A stretch of 38,862 bases of DNA from an uncultured bacterium (GTDB lineage: Bacteria > Myxococcota_A > Polyangia > Polyangiales > Houyiibacteriaceae), in assembly GCA_937984275.1 (NCBI GenBank), contig CALJYC010000267.1, forward strand, positions 1-38,862, in the 5' to 3' direction. Positions 18,070-26,772 of the stretch are shown here, one piece after another. Made by a program: the position numbers and the translations under genes. Each line of letters begins with the position of its first letter. Position 1 is the first letter of the stretch. Under the pieces are notes generated by a model, which worked only from the letters and a program-made list of their open reading frames with translations, made no database searches and had not been told where the DNA came from.

Positions 18070-19662
18070 ATGTCCGATAAGCCAGCTAAAACCTCCGGCG
18101 GCGAGATCGTCCGCCGTGCGGGCGTGGTGGCCACGGGCACTCTGACGTCGCGAATCCTAGGCGCGGTGCGGGACGCAGTCGTCGCTGCGGTGTTTGCCTT
18201 GGGCGCCACCGATGCGTTCTGGCTCGCCTTCACGATCCCAAATGCACTACGGGTGCTGCTCGGCGAAGGTGCAGTCTCAGCAGCCTTCGTCCCGGTGTTC
18301 ACCGAGGTGCGCGAACGCGAAAGCATGGCGCGCGCCAAACAGTTCTACGGGAACCTGATCGGCGCCATGGCGGTCGTCCTGCTCGTAGTCACGGTGCTGG
18401 GCATTGCGTGCGCCCCCTGGATCGTCAAAGCCTATGCGTGGGGCTTTCAGCGTGACGAAGCCTTGTTTGAAACCACGGTCGCTCTCACGCGACTGCTCTT
18501 TCCCTACATCTTCCTGATGGGGATCTCGGCGCTGATGATGGGCGCCCTGTACGCGAGCAAGCGATTCGCAGCCCCCTCCTTCGCCCCCGCACTACTCAAC
18601 ATCTGCCTCATCGCCGCCGCACTGCTCCTCGCACCGATGCTCGTCGAGCTTGGCTGGCCGGCGATCTTTGCACTCGCCGTCGGCGCCCTTCTCGGCGGCG
18701 TTCTCCAGATCATCGCACAGCTCCCATCGCTGCGAAAAGCGAACCTGATCGTCCGCCCGCGGATCGGCTTCGGCGACATTCACGTACGCAAGTGTGCGCG
18801 TCTCATGGTCCCGTTGCTGGCGGGCCTCGGCGTCTATCAGCTCAACGTGCTCCTCTCTCGACTGTTCGCGTCCTTCCTGCCCACCGGAAGCGTGAGCTAC
18901 CTCTACTACGGCCAGCGCCTGGCTGAGATTCCGCAGGGAATGTTTGCGCTGGCGATCGCCTCCGCCGCCCTTCCCTCGTTGAGTGATGCCGTCGCGAAGG
19001 GCGACGAAGAGGAAGCCAAGCGCCTCTTCCGGCACGCACTTCGCCTTTCGCTGTTCGTCGCGGTGCCGGCGGCCGTCGCCTTGGCGGTGCTGGCGGAGCC
19101 GACGGCCACGGTCTTCTTCGGACGCGGCCGCTACGACGCGGCTGCCATTCATGAAACCACACGATCGTTGGTTTGGCAGGCAGCGGGCATTTGGGCGGTC
19201 GCATCGGTGCGCACCATCGTTCCAATGTTCCACGCACATAACGACACGCGGACCCCAGTCATTGCGAGCGCCTTCAATCTCGTCGCCTTCGTCGCCCTCA
19301 GCCTCGTCCTGATGGGACCGATGCAGCATGCTGGCCTCGCTGCGGCGACGACCGCGGCTGCCACCATCCAGCTCGTCGCACTGCTGTGGCTTCTTCACAA
19401 GAGGTCCGGGGACCTCGGCCTGGCGGAGGTCAACGCGAGCGTCCTTCGCATCGTCGTCGCTAGCGCCGTGATGGGTGCGGTCGTCTGGACGGGAGCCAGC
19501 CTCGGACAATGGAGCAATGGCGGCAATGACCCGCGCAACGTGGCGGTATTTGGCGCGACCGTCGTGATCGGGCTTCTGACGTACCTCGGCGTGGCTGCCG
19601 CCCTCGGCTCACCCGAGCTTCGAGACCTCAAAGCCGCTATTGAGCGCCGCATACGTGCGTGA
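18070..19662 (+). CDS. murJ: Lipid II flippase MurJ (MviN)
   Basis: TLTSRILGAVRD, DAFWLAFTIPN, GEGAVSAAFVPVF and DTRTPV motifs; about 14 TMs. Confidence 0.96.
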   Translation: MSDKPAKTSGGEIVRRAGVVATGTLTSRILGAVRDAVVAAVFALGATDAFWLAFTIPNALRVLLGEGAVSAAFVPVFTEVRERESMARAKQFYGNLIGAMAVVLLVVTVLGIACAPWIVKAYAWGFQRDEALFETTVALTRLLFPYIFLMGISALMMGALYASKRFAAPSFAPALLNICLIAAALLLAPMLVELGWPAIFALAVGALLGGVLQIIAQLPSLRKANLIVRPRIGFGDIHVRKCARLMVPLLAGLGVYQLNVLLSRLFASFLPTGSVSYLYYGQRLAEIPQGMFALAIASAALPSLSDAVAKGDEEEAKRLFRHALRLSLFVAVPAAVALAVLAEPTATVFFGRGRYDAAAIHETTRSLVWQAAGIWAVASVRTIVPMFHAHNDTRTPVIASAFNLVAFVALSLVLMGPMQHAGLAAATTAAATIQLVALLWLLHKRSGDLGLAEVNASVLRIVVASAVMGAVVWTGASLGQWSNGGNDPRNVAVFGATVVIGLLTYLGVAAALGSPELRDLKAAIERRIRA

Positions 19663-19689
19663 CTTGCCAGGGGCGCTACAACGCCTGCC

Positions 19690-20313
19690 ATGGACGTGCT
19701 CGACGCAGAATTCGTCGCCGGAGCAACCGTGCTCGGACAGTTGCCGGCGCCGACCTTTGCGGAGGTCGCCTTCGCGGGACGATCGAACGTCGGTAAGTCG
19801 AGCCTCATCAACAACCTCGTCCGTCGCAAGAAGCTCGTGCGCACCAGCAGCGCACCGGGTTGCACCCGCGCGATCAACATCTTTCGTGTACGTCTGCGGG
19901 CCAACGACGATGAGGCACATCTCGACTTGGTGGACCTGCCCGGGTACGGCTATGCGCAGCGGAGCAAGGCCGAGCGCAAGTCGTGGGGCCCGCTGATCGA
20001 AGGATTCCTCAGTGAGCGACCGGGGCTGCGGGGTGCGGTGGTCATCGTCGACATTCGGCGGGGGGTGCAAGACGACGACCGTCAGCTCCTGGAGTTCCTC
20101 GAAAGCGTCGGCGTCACACCGATTTTGGTTGCCACCAAGATCGACAAGCTGCCCGCAAGCAAACGAAAGCCGGCAGTCGCGAAGCTTCAGCGTGAGCTCA
20201 GCCACCGCGTGATCCCCTACAGCTCGGTCACCGGAGACGGGCGGGATGCGCTGTGGAAGCGGGTCTTGTCCGTGAGCAGCATCGACCGGCCGGACGAGGC
20301 CGCTCAACCCTGA
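19690..20313 (+). CDS. engB: Ribosome biogenesis GTPase EngB/YihA/YsxC
   Basis: EVAFAGRSNVGKSSLIN, VDLPGYGYA and TKIDK. Confidence 0.96.
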   Translation: MDVLDAEFVAGATVLGQLPAPTFAEVAFAGRSNVGKSSLINNLVRRKKLVRTSSAPGCTRAINIFRVRLRANDDEAHLDLVDLPGYGYAQRSKAERKSWGPLIEGFLSERPGLRGAVVIVDIRRGVQDDDRQLLEFLESVGVTPILVATKIDKLPASKRKPAVAKLQRELSHRVIPYSSVTGDGRDALWKRVLSVSSIDRPDEAAQP

Positions 20314-20320
20314 GTGTCCG

Positions 20321-21880
20321 CTACTCGTCGAGATCGAGCTTCAGGTCCTGGCCTGGCTCGCGCAGGCGCAGGTTCGACGGGTCTCCAAGCATCAACGCCG
20401 GGTCGGGGAGATCGGGGTTGGGGTCGGCACCCAATGCTCCCGACCCCATCATCTGCTCGGCGAGGCGCCGGACCTCGGGACGTTTGTCACGCGGCACCAA
20501 CCGTAAAGCCGCGCCAACATGCTCGATCGCCGCCTCGTCATCGCCCGCCTCCTGGAAGATGTGCGCCGCTTGAAGGCGCAGCTGCCAGTTGTCGGGATCG
20601 AGCTCGACCGCGCGTTTCATGTTCCCCGCCGCTGCGATCGGATCACTTCGAGTAAGATGGTACTGGGCCCAAACCGCCCACAGCATGGGCGCATCCGGGG
20701 TGAGTGACTCCGCCGCCTCGAGGTCCAACCGAGCTCGCTCTGGCTCGTCCAGGCCCAAATGAATCGTCGCCAACATGACATGCGCACGGCCATAGCGAGG
20801 CCACTTTTCGATGACCTCCCCAACGACTCGACTGCCCTCACTGAACTGCGCTTCCGCTGCGGCCTGCTGACCATTCATCTCGAGCATCCCCGCTTGGGCT
20901 AGATGAAGCTGCACCAGCTTGAGCTGGCGAGGCCCGTCGGGTCGGAGCTGAGTCGCGCCTTCGAACTCCTTCGCCGCCTGATCGATCGCGCCCGACTCGA
21001 GCAGGACCGTACCGCTCACCGTGCGAAGCGAGGGCGACACCGGATCGAGTAGGAGCGCCGTCTCGATCAGCGGCAGCGGCTTCGCTTCATCGCCCGAGCC
21101 TGCGACGATGCGCATTGCCTCCGTCCCGAGGGCAGCAGCCAACACCTCGGTGTCGCGAAGCACGCGAACCGACGAGACCTTCACCTCGCCGCGACCTCCC
21201 CAAGGATCGAAGTACGCCGAGGGCTGATCCGAAGCGCTCTGCGCGTACACGGCCGTCACGAAGTACCCCAACATGCCGGATGGGTCGGCCGGCGCGCGCG
21301 CACCTTCGAACTCCCACACTTCTGCGACCATCGCGTTCGCCCCGTGCGTCCGGAGAAGTGCGGTCATCGCGGTTGCCAGTTCCAGTGGGTAGAGCTCCAC
21401 GCGCTCTTGATGTGCGTCGATGATCGCAAGCGTCTGGTCAGCGGTCAGGACCTCGCGAGACAGCGGCCGCTCGAGCGACCAGGACGAGGACTCCGCGTGC
21501 AGCCGCGCGGCGATCTCGGCGGCGCCCTCGGGCCACCCCGCGACGTCATCGGGGAGCGTCATCATCGACTCGTACACGCCAACCCGAATCTGGTCGCGCT
21601 CCAGGTACGCCGCGAGCTCACGTGCGTCGAGCGGGCGCAGCGGGGGTGTTTCCTCGAGCGTTACCGTCGTAGACCGATACACCCCGTACCCGATGCCCGC
21701 GGCTACGATGACCAGCGCAACGACGAACAGCCACGGATGGCCCACGGCACCCGGGGGTGCAACCTCCTTCACCAACTCGACACCGCCCCTTCGCATGCAC
21801 TGAGGGCAGCGCGGCTTATTTCCCGGTTCTTCGGGGACGAACTCCTTGTCGCAGTGCGCGCAGAAATACTTCGTGGACAT
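20321..21880 (-). CDS. Membrane-anchored protein: N-terminal Zn ribbon, one TM, a degenerate transglutaminase-like region and C-terminal TPRs
   Basis: Likely start MSTKYF at 21880. CAHC...CPQC, hydrophobic WLFVVALVIVAAGIGYGVY, and TPRs (RAVELDPDN, GAALRLVP). Confidence 0.7.
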   Translation of the reverse strand: MSTKYFCAHCDKEFVPEEPGNKPRCPQCMRRGGVELVKEVAPPGAVGHPWLFVVALVIVAAGIGYGVYRSTTVTLEETPPLRPLDARELAAYLERDQIRVGVYESMMTLPDDVAGWPEGAAEIAARLHAESSSWSLERPLSREVLTADQTLAIIDAHQERVELYPLELATAMTALLRTHGANAMVAEVWEFEGARAPADPSGMLGYFVTAVYAQSASDQPSAYFDPWGGRGEVKVSSVRVLRDTEVLAAALGTEAMRIVAGSGDEAKPLPLIETALLLDPVSPSLRTVSGTVLLESGAIDQAAKEFEGATQLRPDGPRQLKLVQLHLAQAGMLEMNGQQAAAEAQFSEGSRVVGEVIEKWPRYGRAHVMLATIHLGLDEPERARLDLEAAESLTPDAPMLWAVWAQYHLTRSDPIAAAGNMKRAVELDPDNWQLRLQAAHIFQEAGDDEAAIEHVGAALRLVPRDKRPEVRRLAEQMMGSGALGADPNPDLPDPALMLGDPSNLRLREPGQDLKLDLDE

Positions 21881-21897
21881 GGCGCGCGAGCATACGG

Positions 21898-22392
21898 CTA
21901 CGGCGACGGCTCGTCGACCGGCGGGTCGGGCACGAAACCGTTGCCGTGGATCCGAGCGAATGCAAATCCGCACTCCCGGGCGCGGCCCTCACGCCACTCC
22001 CTATCCCAAAGCTCGATGTCGCACTTCACATCGCCAAAGTTAATCTCGAGTTGCGGCTTCGCCTCGCCGGGCTCGGAACGCTCTTTCGAAGTTGATGACA
22101 GTGAGCAACATTCGAGCCCGCGCAGACTTCCAACGAGCTTCGCGTAGTCGTCCTCGGACACGGTGCGGGTGACGCTCATCATCGTGCCGGTCGATGATCT
22201 GGTCGTCGTGATCAGCTCTCGAGCACTATCGAGCACAACGTGCATGCTGCGTCGATCGGGGCTCCGGCTGATCACGCTCCACGAGACGACCACCGTATCC
22301 GGCGGGACCGTCGGCAACGCGACCTCTTTCTTTGGCTCGTTCTGCGAGCAGCTCGACAGCAGCATCGTCACGCAAAGCATCCAATTTCGCAT
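21898..22392 (-). CDS. Putative lipoprotein (164 aa)
   Basis: MRNWMLCVTMLLSSC lipobox plus four further Cys. This is the real 3' part of the 391-aa track ORF. Confidence 0.7.
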   Translation of the reverse strand: MRNWMLCVTMLLSSCSQNEPKKEVALPTVPPDTVVVSWSVISRSPDRRSMHVVLDSARELITTTRSSTGTMMSVTRTVSEDDYAKLVGSLRGLECCSLSSTSKERSEPGEAKPQLEINFGDVKCDIELWDREWREGRARECGFAFARIHGNGFVPDPPVDEPSP

Positions 22393-22469
22393 TCCACGCA
22401 CTAGATCACGCTTGCCCCGCAAAGTCCACCGCGTGCACCCGACCCCCAGCGCGCCATAATCTCCAACCG

Positions 22470-22781
22470 ATGACCGAAGAGCTCGACTGCCTGTCTTGCG
22501 GGGCGTGCTGCCGGACAGGAACCGACGGGCGCATCTTGATCCCGCCAGAGGACTTGATGCGTTGGCGTCAGATCGGCCGGGATGACATCGCGAAAGCGGT
22601 GCAACCAGGCCACTTTGGAATGGTGGGCTTCGCGACACGGGGGGATGGGTCCTGCGTGCATTTGGGAACCGACCAGAGCCCGAACGCCTGCCGGATTTAC
22701 GAGATTCGAGGAACGACCTGCCGGAAGTTCGAGCGGGGCAGCCCACAATGTCTGGAGTTTCGACGTGAGGCCGGCATCTGA
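22470..22781 (+). CDS. YkgJ-family cysteine-cluster (CxxCxxCC, putative Zn/Fe-S-binding) protein
   Basis: CLSCGACC...CVHL...CRIYEIRGTTCRKF. Confidence 0.85.
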   Translation: MTEELDCLSCGACCRTGTDGRILIPPEDLMRWRQIGRDDIAKAVQPGHFGMVGFATRGDGSCVHLGTDQSPNACRIYEIRGTTCRKFERGSPQCLEFRREAGI

Positions 22782-22806
22782 CGCTGGCGCTGGCCCGTGA
22801 GGGTAT

Positions 22807-22835
22807 TGCCAGGTGGGCCGACGATCGGGTACCAC
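22807..22835 (+). promoter_or_regulatory. Putative sigma70 promoter of the amine dehydrogenase operon (leaderless)
   Basis: TTGCCA (22806-22811)-N18-TACCAC (22830-22835)-N7-ATG, with no SD. Confidence 0.45.
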
Positions 22836-22842
22836 CTTCTCC

Positions 22843-24078
22843 ATGACTCACCGGGCAAAGCTGTTCGGGGCGCTCGGCCTCGGCGCGTGCTTTGTTGCCC
22901 TGACACTCCGAGCGAGTGCCGACCTCCCCCCCGAAGAAGTGGGTCAGGTGCTGCGGCTTCCGGACACGGTGAGTGACCACTGGCTGTGGGTCCCCGACCG
23001 CGTGTTTCGCCATTCGATCTTGCTCGACGGAGACAGTGGGAAGATGCTGGGCGCCGTCGACAGCGGCGCACAAATCACGCCGAAGCCGCCGCTGTGGGCG
23101 CGCACGCGCAACGAAATTTTCAACGTCGACACGATCTACTCACGCGGCCATCGCGGCGAACGGCATGACTACGTGGTCATCTACGACTCGCGCACCCTCG
23201 CGGTGAAGGGTGAGGTCGAGATTCCGCCGAAGGCAGCCGAGACGAGCACCGGCATCGCGTTGGTCGGCCTGCTCGACGGCGAGCGATTCGTCGCCGTGCT
23301 CAATCAGTCCCCAGGCGCATCCGTCTCTGTCATCGACGTTGAAACGAGACGGGTGGTGGCGGAAGTCCAGACTGCCGGTTGCGCCGCAGTGTTTCCCGCG
23401 GGTCCAACTCGCTTCGGCATGCTGTGCGGCGACGGTACCGCGATCACGGTCCACTTGAAAGACACCGGCGAGCTCGATCGCATCGCACGAAGCGCGCCAT
23501 TCTTCGACGCCGTCGCCGACCCGATCACCGAGAAAGGCGTTCGCGACGGCTCGACTTGGTGGTTCGCCTCCTTCGGCGGGCTCCTCCACCAAGTAGATTT
23601 TGGTGGCGAAAACCCAGCCGCCACCGCACCGTGGCCACTCTTCACCGACGCTGAGCTCAACGACGAATGGCGAATCGGCGGAGCGCAACACCTCGCCTAT
23701 CATCGGGGCACCAAGCGACTCTACTCCGTGGTGCACCAAGGCGGGCCGGGCTCTCACAAGGATCCGGGCACTGAGATTTGGGTCTATGACGTGCCCGCGC
23801 GGAATAAGATCGACGTGATTTCGGCTCCGAATCTCATCGCCGCGTTCCTCGGCCCGCAGGCCGGATTCGATGCCCAAGGCACCTTGGGAAAGATCCTGAA
23901 CTTCTTGGTGCCTAATTCGGGTGTGCACAGCATCGCGGTGACCCAAGACGACCAGCCCCTGCTCTTCATGCGTCACGGAGACCTTGGCGCAGTTGGGGTG
24001 GTCGACGCGATGAGCGGCGAGCATCTCCGGGACATCGAGGAAACCGGGCTGTCCGGCGTGTTATTGGTGGTGCCATGA
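22843..24078 (+). CDS. mauB: TTQ amine dehydrogenase large (beta-propeller) subunit, MauB/AauB
   Basis: Signal peptide; YSRGHRGERHDYV, MLCGDG, WRIGGAQ and HKDPGTEIWVYD motifs; first gene of the mauBEDA operon. Confidence 0.92.
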   Translation: MTHRAKLFGALGLGACFVALTLRASADLPPEEVGQVLRLPDTVSDHWLWVPDRVFRHSILLDGDSGKMLGAVDSGAQITPKPPLWARTRNEIFNVDTIYSRGHRGERHDYVVIYDSRTLAVKGEVEIPPKAAETSTGIALVGLLDGERFVAVLNQSPGASVSVIDVETRRVVAEVQTAGCAAVFPAGPTRFGMLCGDGTAITVHLKDTGELDRIARSAPFFDAVADPITEKGVRDGSTWWFASFGGLLHQVDFGGENPAATAPWPLFTDAELNDEWRIGGAQHLAYHRGTKRLYSVVHQGGPGSHKDPGTEIWVYDVPARNKIDVISAPNLIAAFLGPQAGFDAQGTLGKILNFLVPNSGVHSIAVTQDDQPLLFMRHGDLGAVGVVDAMSGEHLRDIEETGLSGVLLVVP

Positions 24079-24614
24079 TCGACCCCGTCGTCGAGCTATC
24101 GATTTGCTTCGCGCTGGCGCTCCTCTTTGCTGCGGCCGCCTGGCACAAGGTGTCGGACCGGGTTCGATTTGGAGCCACGGTGGGCGCGTACAGCCTGCTG
24201 CCGCCGTGGCTGGTGTCGCCAGTCGCGCATGTTCTGCCATGGCTGGAGGCATGCATCGCGGTCGGGCTCCTATACCCGCCGACGCGATCGGCCGCCGCGC
24301 TTGCCGTGGTACCGCTGCTGATGCTGTACACCATCGCCATCGCTGCAAACCTCGCCCGCGGGCGACGCGAGATCGACTGCGGATGCTTCGCCTCCTCGGC
24401 GCGTGTTCCGCTAAGCAAGTGGCTCCTCCTGCGTAACGGGATTTTGATCGTCGCCTCCTGCCTGCTCCTCCTCCCGATACGGACGCGAGCGCTGGTGTGG
24501 GTCGACGGAGCAACCATAGTCATGACACTCGCCACGTTGTCTCTCCTCTGGGCATCCGGACAGCGGCTGGCGCAAACCGGCCCAGCGCTCCGCCACTTCG
24601 GAGGCGTCCGATGA
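24075..24614 (+). CDS. mauE: Methylamine utilisation membrane protein MauE
   Basis: LFAAAAWHK, NLARGRREIDCGCF and LLRNG motifs; 4-5 TMs; operon position. Confidence 0.92.
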   Translation: MIDPVVELSICFALALLFAAAAWHKVSDRVRFGATVGAYSLLPPWLVSPVAHVLPWLEACIAVGLLYPPTRSAAALAVVPLLMLYTIAIAANLARGRREIDCGCFASSARVPLSKWLLLRNGILIVASCLLLLPIRTRALVWVDGATIVMTLATLSLLWASGQRLAQTGPALRHFGGVR

Positions 24615-25210
24615 TCGACGCCCTGCTCATTTCGAACGGCGTCTTGTGGCTCCTGGTCATTGGGCTCGCCCTGACGGTACTCGCCCTCACCCGCCAAGTC
24701 GGATTGCTCCACGAACGCATCTCACCCGTCGGCGCCCTTTCTCCTGAAGCAAAGATCAAAGTCGGCGACCCTGCGCCCGAGCTGGCGTTAATCGACCTCC
24801 ACGATCATCCGGTGCAGATCGGAGGAGCCTCGAAAGACGAGAGCCGGACCCTCTTGTTTTTCCTTTCCCCGACATGCCCGGTCTGCGACACGCTCCTGCC
24901 GACGGTCGAGCGCGTCGCCCGCACGGAAGTGCCGCGCGTCCGGGTCATCCTCGTGAGCGACGGCTTGCCCGACGAACACCGCGCATTCGTGGCCGAGAAA
25001 CGCATCTCTCACTTGCCGTATATCTTGTCGGCGCCCCTCGGCATGACCTATGGGGTGGCGAAGCTCCCCTACGCAGTGCTCATCGACGCAAACGGCATCG
25101 TTGCCGCCCAAGGTTTGGTCAATACGCGCGAACACCTCGAAAGTTTGTTCGAGGCGCAACGACGCGGAGTCGCATCGATCCAGGACTACCTCGAGGAGAA
25201 GGCCAAATGA
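24611..25210 (+). CDS. mauD: Thioredoxin-like maturation protein MauD
   Basis: LTRQVGLLHERISPVGAL, CPVC, KLPYAVL and GLVNTREHLESL. Confidence 0.94.
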   Translation: MIDALLISNGVLWLLVIGLALTVLALTRQVGLLHERISPVGALSPEAKIKVGDPAPELALIDLHDHPVQIGGASKDESRTLLFFLSPTCPVCDTLLPTVERVARTEVPRVRVILVSDGLPDEHRAFVAEKRISHLPYILSAPLGMTYGVAKLPYAVLIDANGIVAAQGLVNTREHLESLFEAQRRGVASIQDYLEEKAK

Positions 25211-25746
25211 GTCGGCTCGATCGTTGGTTCGAAGGGATGACACGGCAGTCGGCGCGCCGGGTGTCGCGTCGCAACTGGCTGTCGCGCTTCGGTGGAGTGC
25301 TCGTGGGTGGAGCCGCCCTTCCGCTGCTGCCTGTTGCCCGCGCCGCAGAGAAGCACACCGTCGGCGAGGATGGGGTCAAGGGCCGCGAAGGCGACCCCAG
25401 CCGCTGCGAGTACTGGCGTCACTGCGCCATCGACGGCTTCCTGTGCAGTTGCTGCGGGGGCTCCCACACCGCCTGCCCGCCCGGAACCGAAATGTCCCCA
25501 GTGACCTGGATCGGCACCTGCCGAAACCCAGCGGATGGTAAGGACTACATCATCTCGTACAACGACTGCTGCGGAAAGACGTTCTGCGGCCGCTGCATGT
25601 GCAACCGCAACGAAGGCGAGCGCCCCCTCTACCACTGGTACCGCAACAACGACATCAACTGGTGCGGTGGCGCGCAGGCTCAAACCTACAGCTGCTCGAC
25701 CGCAGTCGTGGTCAAGACCGCCAAAGAGGCGCAGCCGGAGAAATGA
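25207..25746 (+). CDS. mauA: TTQ amine dehydrogenase small subunit (AADH-like MauA/AauA)
   Basis: Tat signal SRRNWL; CEYWRHCAIDGFLCSCCGG; TTQ Trps in TWIGTC and NDINWC; catalytic Asp in YNDCCG. Confidence 0.95.
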   Translation: MSRLDRWFEGMTRQSARRVSRRNWLSRFGGVLVGGAALPLLPVARAAEKHTVGEDGVKGREGDPSRCEYWRHCAIDGFLCSCCGGSHTACPPGTEMSPVTWIGTCRNPADGKDYIISYNDCCGKTFCGRCMCNRNEGERPLYHWYRNNDINWCGGAQAQTYSCSTAVVVKTAKEAQPEK

Positions 25747-26132
25747 AGCTCGCGCTCGGCACGGCCGCATTTCTGCTAATGGCGCACCCCGCTGCTGCAG
25801 ACTCATATGAAGAGCACGACTACACGTTGAACTGCTCGGGCTGCCATCGAACCGACGGTTCCGGATCGAGGGTAGTCCCGTCGCTTCAGGCGATGCCGGA
25901 GCTCAGCGCAAAGGCCGGCGCCCGTGAATACTGGGTGCAAGTGCCGGGCGCGGCGCAAGCGCCGCTTTCCAACGCGCGGCTGGCGGCGTTGATGAACTGG
26001 TTGGTGGAGCGGTTTGTGGGGAAGCGACCGGAGCCTGCGTACACCGCGCAGGAAGTCGGACGACTACGCCGCAACCCGCTAAGGGATCCGATCGCCCGGC
26101 GTACCGAAATCCGCCGAGCGACCCCTCACTGA
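25743..26132 (+). CDS. Exported mono-haem cytochrome c
   Basis: Signal peptide, single CSGCH motif, ATGA overlap with mauA. Confidence 0.88.
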   Translation: MKLALGTAAFLLMAHPAAADSYEEHDYTLNCSGCHRTDGSGSRVVPSLQAMPELSAKAGAREYWVQVPGAAQAPLSNARLAALMNWLVERFVGKRPEPAYTAQEVGRLRRNPLRDPIARRTEIRRATPH

Positions 26133-26181
26133 CACCCCGTAAAGTCGACGCTCTGCGTCGTCCACGGGGCTTCGCTGGCAC
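26129..26181 (+). repeat. REP-like palindromic repeat, family A, copy 1 (53 bp)
   Basis: CTGACACCCCGTAAAGTCGACGCTCTGCGTCGTCCACGGGGCTTCGCTGGCAC; 51/53 identical to 26769-26821; internal hairpin CCCCGT..CGACGC/GCGTCG..ACGGGG. Confidence 0.9.
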
Positions 26182-26183
26182 CT

Positions 26184-26216
26184 AGCCCCGTGGCGACGAA
26201 GTCGCTCTACGGGGTG
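26184..26216 (-). repeat. REP-like repeat, family A, shorter inverted copy
   Basis: The reverse complement CACCCCGTAGAGCGACTTCGTCGCCACGGGGCT matches the outer stem of copy 1 but has a different inner loop. Confidence 0.75.
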
Positions 26217-26274
26217 ACGCCGCTGGGCGTGGTATTTGCTCGGGTGGGGTGCGGCGGCCTAATATGAAAAGATA

Positions 26275-26772
26275 ATGTTCAGCGCAGATGATCTCCTCGG
26301 GGACGACCCGCGGCGCGAGTTCGAGCGACTGCTCGTGACGCGCTGCCGCGCAGGAGGTGCTTTCGCGCTGATGCTGGTCGACCTCGACGGCTTCACCGAC
26401 GTGAGCGCGCGCTTCGGGGCGCCCACGGCGGACCTCCTCCTCTACGAAGTCGCCTCACGCCTTCGCGAGATGTTGAGCGAACATGATGCCGTCATGCGTA
26501 GCGGCCACGGTGAGTTCGCGATCTTCGTCCGAGGCATGGAACGGGTACAGAACGCCGAGCGGCTCGCCAACGAGCTGATCGAAAGGGTGGAGCGCCCACT
26601 GACAGTTTCGGGCACCCGCTTCCGTCTCAGCGCAAGCATCGGCATCACGCTATCCCCGCGGCAGAGCGGGGAGTGGCGGCTACTACTGCAGGACGCAGAC
26701 GAGGCCGTCTACGACGCAAAGAAGCAGGGCCGCGGGCATATCAGCATAAGCTCCGCCCCCCCGAAACGCTGA
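26275..26772 (+). CDS. Stand-alone GGDEF-domain protein with a degenerate active site (GHGEF)
   Basis: LMLVDLDGF, FGAPTADLLL, RSGHGEFAI, SASIGI and DADEAVYDAKKQGR. Confidence 0.85.
   Translation: MFSADDLLGDDPRREFERLLVTRCRAGGAFALMLVDLDGFTDVSARFGAPTADLLLYEVASRLREMLSEHDAVMRSGHGEFAIFVRGMERVQNAERLANELIERVERPLTVSGTRFRLSASIGITLSPRQSGEWRLLLQDADEAVYDAKKQGRGHISISSAPPKR

Noticed and set aside
22785-22812. Possible sigma54 promoter before mauB (TGGC...TTGC)
   Set aside because: GG-to-GC spacing is 14 nt rather than the required 10.
22393-23073. N-terminal 227 codons of the 391-aa minus-strand ORF
   Set aside because: They overlap ykgJ and mauB on the opposite strand; the lipoprotein signal marks the real start at 22392.
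24497-25742. Long N-terminal extensions in the track ORFs for mauD, mauA and cytochrome c (likewise nadD, IDH, argE)
   Set aside because: 4-nt start/stop overlaps, SD or -10 signals and family N-termini define shorter starts.
26264-26275. Mini-ORF MKR* overlapping the GGDEF start (TAATG)
   Set aside because: Three codons with no SD, overlapping a likely -10 box (TAATAT); probably chance.
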